This document shows, one piece after another, positions 7,259-11,489 of a stretch of 11,489 nt of DNA (position 1 is its first letter; each line of letters starts with the position of its first letter). Source of the stretch: an uncultured archaeon (GTDB taxonomy: Archaea > Asgardarchaeota > Lokiarchaeia > Sigyniarchaeales > SOKP01); assembly GCA_964388035.1 (NCBI GenBank), contig CAYLZE010000139.1:1-11489 (forward strand). Direction: 5' to 3'. A model generated the notes under the pieces. That model saw only the letters and a list, made by a program, of their open reading frames with translations, was not told the DNA's origin and searched no databases. Position numbers and translations under genes: made by a program.

Positions 7259-8668
7259 CTATTTTTTTTCATTTTCAACAATTTCAATTTTTTTATCTTC
7301 CAATGAATCTTCCATTGGATCATGATCATTTTCATGCCAGCAATAGGGGAACGAAGCGAAAAAGTCTCCCGTTTCACATTCCGTATGAACCCTACAACCT
7401 CCATGACAATATTTTAGATGGTGGCAGGATGCACATTTACCCGTTCTTTTTCCATCTCTGATATCTTTAAAAATTTGAGAATTTAATATATCTTGAAAAT
7501 CGTCCACTAACGCATTGCCTAGAGTCAGTTTTGTAGGATATCCGCAAGGATAAATTGTTCCATCAACACCTATCCCCATCATCGTTCTACAAGCCAAGCA
7601 TCCAACACCCCATTCAATTGCGGTTAATTCTTTATCATCTTTTGGCATTTCCATAAAAGGGGTCATTTCATAAATTTCATATGCAGGAAGAGTTCCTGCT
7701 TCTCCATTTCTAATGGTCTCTATTGCGTGTTTATATTTGAATTTATAGAGTTTTTTATATTCTTCTTGACTAAGCCCAATTTCATTCCAATAGGTAGCTG
7801 CGCGGTTTTGCTTCACAACCGCTCTAAAGTAGGGTTGAGCGCCCCATTCTTCCGATAATGTTTTTAACTCTTCCAATTCATTGATGTTTTGTTTCATAAC
7901 GGTAATTGAACTACACACGAATAGCCCATACTTTAAACAATTTTCTATAGCTCGCTTTGCGTATGTTAATGAATCGGAAAAACCTCGTATCTTATCATTT
8001 TTTTTGGGATCTGCACTATCAAAACTGATAAACACGTGACTCATGTTATACTCCTTGCACATCTTTGCGAACTTATCATCAAATTTAGTACCATTCGTAA
8101 TTATGGCATGGTAATATCCCTTTTCACTGCAAAATTTCATAATATCTCCTATATCTTCTCTTAACGTTGGTTCTCCCCCAAACCAGATAAAGCATGCATG
8201 ACGTCCTTGTTCTCTCAAGCCAGATTCGACATTTTCAATAATTTGACACCATTTTTGGGATGATAATTCTGGTCTTGGTATCATGTCATCAGCAGCACAA
8301 TGCAAACAATTCATGTTACACCGATCGGTTATATACATTGCAAAGTGTATGTTTCCGGGATGAAAAGCTTCTTCTAAGGTGTCCCAAGAACATTCGATTC
8401 GATCTCTAAGCTCTTTTAATTCCATGTATCTTGTCACGTCTATTCCTAGGGAAGTTAAATCATTGACCATCATCGCTTTAAACGCTTCCGGAATAATATC
8501 GAAAATTCCCGTGATCAAATCCCCGTCTTCTATGTACGATCCGTTTCGATTAAGACATCTCTTTTTTGCTGCTTCTACTATTTGGGGTTGTACTGCAGGA
8601 CGAAAACCATCAGGAATTTGGTTTACGATCCTTTCAAATAATTCTTTTGTATCTTTATTCCATTCCAT
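7259..8668 (-). CDS. Radical SAM/SPASM-domain protein (paralog 2) with an N-terminal PCP_red/DUF2621-like module
   Basis: 469 aa. CNMNCLHC (CxxxCxxC), GGEPTLR, TNG, ISFDS. SPASM Cys array GCLACR...IYPC...LGN...KCASC..LKYCHGGCR...PYCW. Residues 1-81 are the shared module. Confidence 0.9.
   Translation of the reverse strand: MEWNKDTKELFERIVNQIPDGFRPAVQPQIVEAAKKRCLNRNGSYIEDGDLITGIFDIIPEAFKAMMVNDLTSLGIDVTRYMELKELRDRIECSWDTLEEAFHPGNIHFAMYITDRCNMNCLHCAADDMIPRPELSSQKWCQIIENVESGLREQGRHACFIWFGGEPTLREDIGDIMKFCSEKGYYHAIITNGTKFDDKFAKMCKEYNMSHVFISFDSADPKKNDKIRGFSDSLTYAKRAIENCLKYGLFVCSSITVMKQNINELEELKTLSEEWGAQPYFRAVVKQNRAATYWNEIGLSQEEYKKLYKFKYKHAIETIRNGEAGTLPAYEIYEMTPFMEMPKDDKELTAIEWGVGCLACRTMMGIGVDGTIYPCGYPTKLTLGNALVDDFQDILNSQIFKDIRDGKRTGKCASCHHLKYCHGGCRVHTECETGDFFASFPYCWHENDHDPMEDSLEDKKIEIVENEKK
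8426..8668 (-). repeat. Shared ~80-aa module, copy 3 (N-terminal on radical SAM paralog 2)
   Basis: MEWNKDTKELFERIVNQIPDGFRPAVQPQIVEAAKKRCLNRNGSYIEDGDLITGIFDIIPEAFKAMMVNDLTSLGIDVTRY. Confidence 0.9.
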
Positions 8669-8681
8669 ATTTTTTCACTCA

Positions 8682-10046
8682 TTAGCAGTTTTCATGAGAA
8701 TGATCATCTTCATGCCAACAAAAGGGAAACGGCGCCAGAAAATCACCCGTTTGATTTTCCGCATGGACTCTGCACCCACCACCGCACATTTCTAAATGAT
8801 GGCATGTTGAACATTTTCCTTTTATTTTTCGATCTCGTATCGCTTTAAACATTTCCGATTCCATGATTTCATCAAAATCTTGCTTAAGCACGTTCCCTAA
8901 GGTTAGGACCGAGGGATAATCACAAGGGAAAAAATCTCCATTTATATCTATACCAGAGACAGATCGACATGCTTGGCATCCGACCCCCCATTCTAAAGCA
9001 GTTCGTTCTTCATCATTAAGTGGGCATTCCATGAACGGAACCATGTCATAAGTGTAGAATTTATTGAGAGATGAAGCCTCCCCTTTTCTAATTGCTTCTA
9101 CCACATTTTTATATTTAAATTCATAAAATGTCTTGTATTCCTCGTGATTAAGTCCTATTTCCTCCCAATTTTTTTCTGCATTTCTTTGCTTAATAACTGC
9201 TCTGAAATATGGTATTACACCCATTGATTCCAATTCATTTTTAATAATTTCTAATTCATCAAAGTTCTCTTGTTCAACCGTTGCTGTACATATGACAAAA
9301 TGCCCATACTTTAGGGCATAATTAATTGCTTGTTCAGCTTTTTCTTTGGCATGGGGTACACCCCTAATTTTTGCAGCTCTTTCTGGAATCGTACTATCGT
9401 AACTGATGAATACATGGCTCATTTTAACCTCAGCACATAGCTTTGCAAGTTCTTCATCAAAAAGCATGCCGTTTGTAGAAATTGCTTGATAATATCCTTT
9501 TTCGCCACAATATTTTATTAAATCTTTTAAGTCCTTGCGTAGGGTGGGCTCTCCACCAAACCAGATATAACACCCGCGTCTCCCGCGCTTTCTTAGCGTT
9601 CCTTCCACATTTTCAATAATTTGAGTCCACTGTTTAGTAGTTAATTCTGGGCGTTTTTCCATTACTTCTGCGGCACAATGAAGACATTTTTGATTACATC
9701 TATCAGTTAGATACATGGTAAAATGATATACTCCTGGTAAAAATGCTCCACCTATTTCATCCCATGTTCGAGCATAATCCTTTCTAATATTGGATAATTG
9801 AATATACCTATCAGTATCAATGTCTAATTTTTTGAGATCCGCTACTACTGTTGGTTGAAATGCTTCTGGTGTTATTTCAAAAAGAGCAGAGAGGATATCA
9901 TCCTTTTCTATAAAACCGGAGTTCCTGAGTCGTGCGGTTTTTTCAGCCGCTTCTCGTAACATGGGTTTTACCGCAGAACGAAAAGCCTCAGGAACTTGAT
10001 CTGTTATTTTTACATATAGATCTTCCATATCTTTTGGCCAATCCAT
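8682..10046 (-). CDS. Radical SAM/SPASM-domain protein (paralog 1) with an N-terminal PCP_red/DUF2621-like module
   Basis: 454 aa. CNQKCLHC, GGEPTLR, STNG, ISYDS. SPASM array GCQACR...FFPC...LGN...KCSTC..LEMCGGGCR...PFCW. Residues 1-81 are the shared module. AGGTGA RBS lies 6 nt upstream of the ATG. Confidence 0.9.
   Translation of the reverse strand: MDWPKDMEDLYVKITDQVPEAFRSAVKPMLREAAEKTARLRNSGFIEKDDILSALFEITPEAFQPTVVADLKKLDIDTDRYIQLSNIRKDYARTWDEIGGAFLPGVYHFTMYLTDRCNQKCLHCAAEVMEKRPELTTKQWTQIIENVEGTLRKRGRRGCYIWFGGEPTLRKDLKDLIKYCGEKGYYQAISTNGMLFDEELAKLCAEVKMSHVFISYDSTIPERAAKIRGVPHAKEKAEQAINYALKYGHFVICTATVEQENFDELEIIKNELESMGVIPYFRAVIKQRNAEKNWEEIGLNHEEYKTFYEFKYKNVVEAIRKGEASSLNKFYTYDMVPFMECPLNDEERTALEWGVGCQACRSVSGIDINGDFFPCDYPSVLTLGNVLKQDFDEIMESEMFKAIRDRKIKGKCSTCHHLEMCGGGCRVHAENQTGDFLAPFPFCWHEDDHSHENC
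9804..10046 (-). repeat. Shared ~80-aa module, copy 4 (N-terminal on radical SAM paralog 1)
   Basis: MDWPKDMEDLYVKITDQVPEAFRSAVKPMLREAAEKTARLRNSGFIEKDDILSALFEITPEAFQPTVVADLKKLDIDTDRY. Confidence 0.9.
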
Positions 10047-10052
10047 ACTTAT

Positions 10053-10058
10053 TCACCT
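10053..10058 (-). promoter_or_regulatory. Shine-Dalgarno-like motif AGGTGA for the 454-aa radical SAM gene
   Basis: The - strand reads ...aaagaAGGTGAataagtATG. GGTGA-type cores are common in archaea. Confidence 0.6.
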
Positions 10059-10102
10059 TCTTTTTAATTTATTTTTCTTTTTGGTTTTCATTTAGTAATT
10101 TT

Positions 10103-10945
10103 TTAATTTTTAACATGGATAAAAAATGGTAAAAATAGTTTATCAGAACAAAAAGTCATTTCATTCCTTTTTTCAGAACAAGTCTTAATAGAGTGAATAT
10201 GGTTATTGGTTATTTTGTAATAAAAGAAGAAGAAAATGCGAGTATTTCCCAAAAATTTAAAAATAGAATGTTTATGAGAAAAAGTATAATAATTACGGGA
10301 TTTTTTAGATGAATCCTTAGAAGTTTTAATGGTTTTAACCCCATAAAAATCCCCATTCCTTTTAAATCTAATAGGAAATTTAGAAATTTCTTCTAGATAT
10401 TGAATTCGAAGTATATCTCGTTCTTTGAAGTAATTTAAGGGTTGAGAAAAATACAAGCCATTCGGACCAATATATTTTAATTCATTCATTGACTCTTGCT
10501 CGAAATTTGACAAATCTAGATCAAAAAGCTCCGGATGATAACCTAAATCGCAATACATTTCGAATTCTCTATAGGATAGGATATATATTTTTACATATTG
10601 GTAAACCAAGGATTCAGCGTGTAATATAATGTCTACAATAATGGTGATATCAATTAAATGCCCAACCGTGAAATTCATAATTTGAAATTCCTTCGGTAAG
10701 AAAAATAGGATATTGATGGTGGGAAGAGATGGAAAGAAAATTGAACTTCCGGAAGATATATAAGCATTGAATGACGATGAAAGAATGGATAAATCTCTCA
10801 GAAACATGTAGAAAAAGACAGCTGGCAGACAAGAAAAAATGAAAATTAGGATGAGAATTATTCTGATTCTATTTGAATTCTTATATCTATTCATCGTTCT
10901 TAAGTATTGTGGTAAATTTATGTCTATACTTTTAAGATTATTCAT
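10103..10945 (-). CDS. Hypothetical membrane-anchored protein
   Basis: 280-aa ORF whose ATG overlaps the upstream stop (ATGAATAA) and which ends 56 bp before the next gene. It has a hydrophobic segment at about residues 28-49 (IRIILILIFIFSCLPAVFFYMF) and a weaker one at about residues 95-115. No family recognised; the C-terminal third looks compositionally odd. Confidence 0.55.
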   Translation of the reverse strand: MNNLKSIDINLPQYLRTMNRYKNSNRIRIILILIFIFSCLPAVFFYMFLRDLSILSSSFNAYISSGSSIFFPSLPTINILFFLPKEFQIMNFTVGHLIDITIIVDIILHAESLVYQYVKIYILSYREFEMYCDLGYHPELFDLDLSNFEQESMNELKYIGPNGLYFSQPLNYFKERDILRIQYLEEISKFPIRFKRNGDFYGVKTIKTSKDSSKKSRNYYTFSHKHSIFKFLGNTRIFFFFYYKITNNHIHSIKTCSEKRNEMTFCSDKLFLPFFIHVKN

Positions 10946-11489
10946 TTAAGAGTCCATATTCTTTAAGGCTTTGTTTCATATCTGCTTGAAAAGGTCCCGG
11001 CGTTCCTTCCAAAAAAGCCATCCTCATATCTTCATTATTTACCTCTTGTCCCCCTCTCTTTTTTGCCTTTTCTTCAGCGAGAGATGAGATTGCCATTCTT
11101 GCCATTGATTGAAATTGGGAAGGCGTTAACTTAATTAATTCATCAAAAATTTTTACCGTTTCTGGATTCCAAGCAAATTTCAGGTTTTTTTGGTCATCTT
11201 GATCTCCAGAATTAATACCGAATTCACGACTAGTAATGATATTTTGAAGATAATTCTGAAGAGATTCTACGTATGCTTTTGATTTTTCCTCATCTACGAC
11301 AACAGCTTTCTTTGCCCATTCTTTGCAATAATTACATTCACCGCACATGGCTATACAATTTTGTTTCTTGAAAAATTCTATAAACCCATCTAATTTAGTA
11401 TTATCAATATACATCTTTGAAACCATCTCTTTCCCAATCGTTGTTCTCAAGTTGAGATTAGGATCTTTCTCTTGAAGTCCCCCAAAAGA
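10938..11489 (-). CDS. 3' part of a U32-family Fe-S protein with a C-terminal PCP_red/DUF2621-like module (truncated by the window edge)
   Basis: The frame stays open from the annotated TTG 11450 to the edge (SFGGLQEKDPNLN..., no stop). YIDNTKLDGFIEFF..CIAMCGECNYC aligns with LKSGELEDFIENL..CAEICGITCHYC at the end of the U32 domain of the 680-aa protein. It is followed by the shared module (FAWNPET...TPSQF...AEEKA...TPGPF...G). Confidence 0.75.
   Translation of the reverse strand, partial: SFGGLQEKDPNLNLRTTIGKEMVSKMYIDNTKLDGFIEFFKKQNCIAMCGECNYCKEWAKKAVVVDEEKSKAYVESLQNYLQNIITSREFGINSGDQDDQKNLKFAWNPETVKIFDELIKLTPSQFQSMARMAISSLAEEKAKKRGGQEVNNEDMRMAFLEGTPGPFQADMKQSLKEYGLLNE
10941..11177 (-). repeat. 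Shared ~80-aa module, copy 5 (C-terminal on the partial U32 protein)
   Basis: FAWNPETVKIFDELIKLTPSQFQSMARMAISSLAEEKAKKRGGQEVNNEDMRMAFLEGTPGPFQADMKQSLKEYGLLNE. Confidence 0.85.

Noticed and set aside
7259-10046. Assigning ahbC/ahbD, nirJ or pqqE, or calling the locus a RiPP cluster
   Set aside because: No ahbA/B, siroheme or pqq genes, no PqqD-like RRE and no convincing precursor peptide in the window; the spacers are too short to hold one. A precursor outside the window cannot be excluded.
1667-10132. Short + strand ORFs (1667-1858, 3345-3554, 4585-4809, 6223-6420, 6649-6840, 7207-7461, 8379-8795, 9932-10132)
   Set aside because: All are antisense to well-supported - strand genes, have Phe/Leu/Ser/Ile-rich shadow composition and show no motifs.
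10650-10832. 60-aa - strand ORF nested out of frame in the membrane ORF
   Set aside because: Non-ATG start, no RBS or motif, and fully contained in a longer ORF.
1855-11177. Interpreting the PCP_red-like module as evidence of (bacterio)chlorophyll synthesis
   Set aside because: No nitrogenase-like BchL/BchN/BchB catalytic domains are present; only the small module resembles the BchB tail.
1-11489. CRISPR arrays, tRNA/rRNA genes, IS elements or integrases
   Set aside because: No regularly spaced DNA repeats, structured GC-rich RNA-like segments or transposase/recombinase motifs were seen; the window is almost fully protein-coding.

Overview
AT-rich prokaryotic window (about 30-33% GC by eye). 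AGGTGA/GAGGA ribosome-binding motifs, oligo-T terminators without hairpins and the gene content suggest an anaerobic archaeon, possibly Asgard/Lokiarchaeia-like; this taxonomy is inference only. One + strand gene (bactofilin-like beta-helix protein) converges on a tightly packed - strand operon of about 10 kb that runs off the right edge. In transcription order the operon encodes: a partial U32-family Fe-S protein, an orphan membrane protein, two paralogous radical SAM/SPASM enzymes, a B12-binding radical SAM enzyme, a soluble ABBA-type (NphB/CloQ-like) aromatic prenyltransferase, a divergent U32 protein, and a U32 protein fused to a C-terminal SCP2 lipid-binding domain. The most striking feature is an ~80-aa helical module (PCP_red/DUF2621-like; W-x15-P-x14-A-x25-P-x-x-F) that aligns without gaps across five proteins from three unrelated enzyme families, at N-terminal, internal and C-terminal positions. 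The cluster looks like an O2-independent pathway for a prenylated, hydroxylated, methylated aromatic (quinone-like carrier or meroterpenoid), reminiscent of UbiT/UbiU/UbiV logic but using an ABBA prenyltransferase, and possibly assembled into a complex through the shared module.
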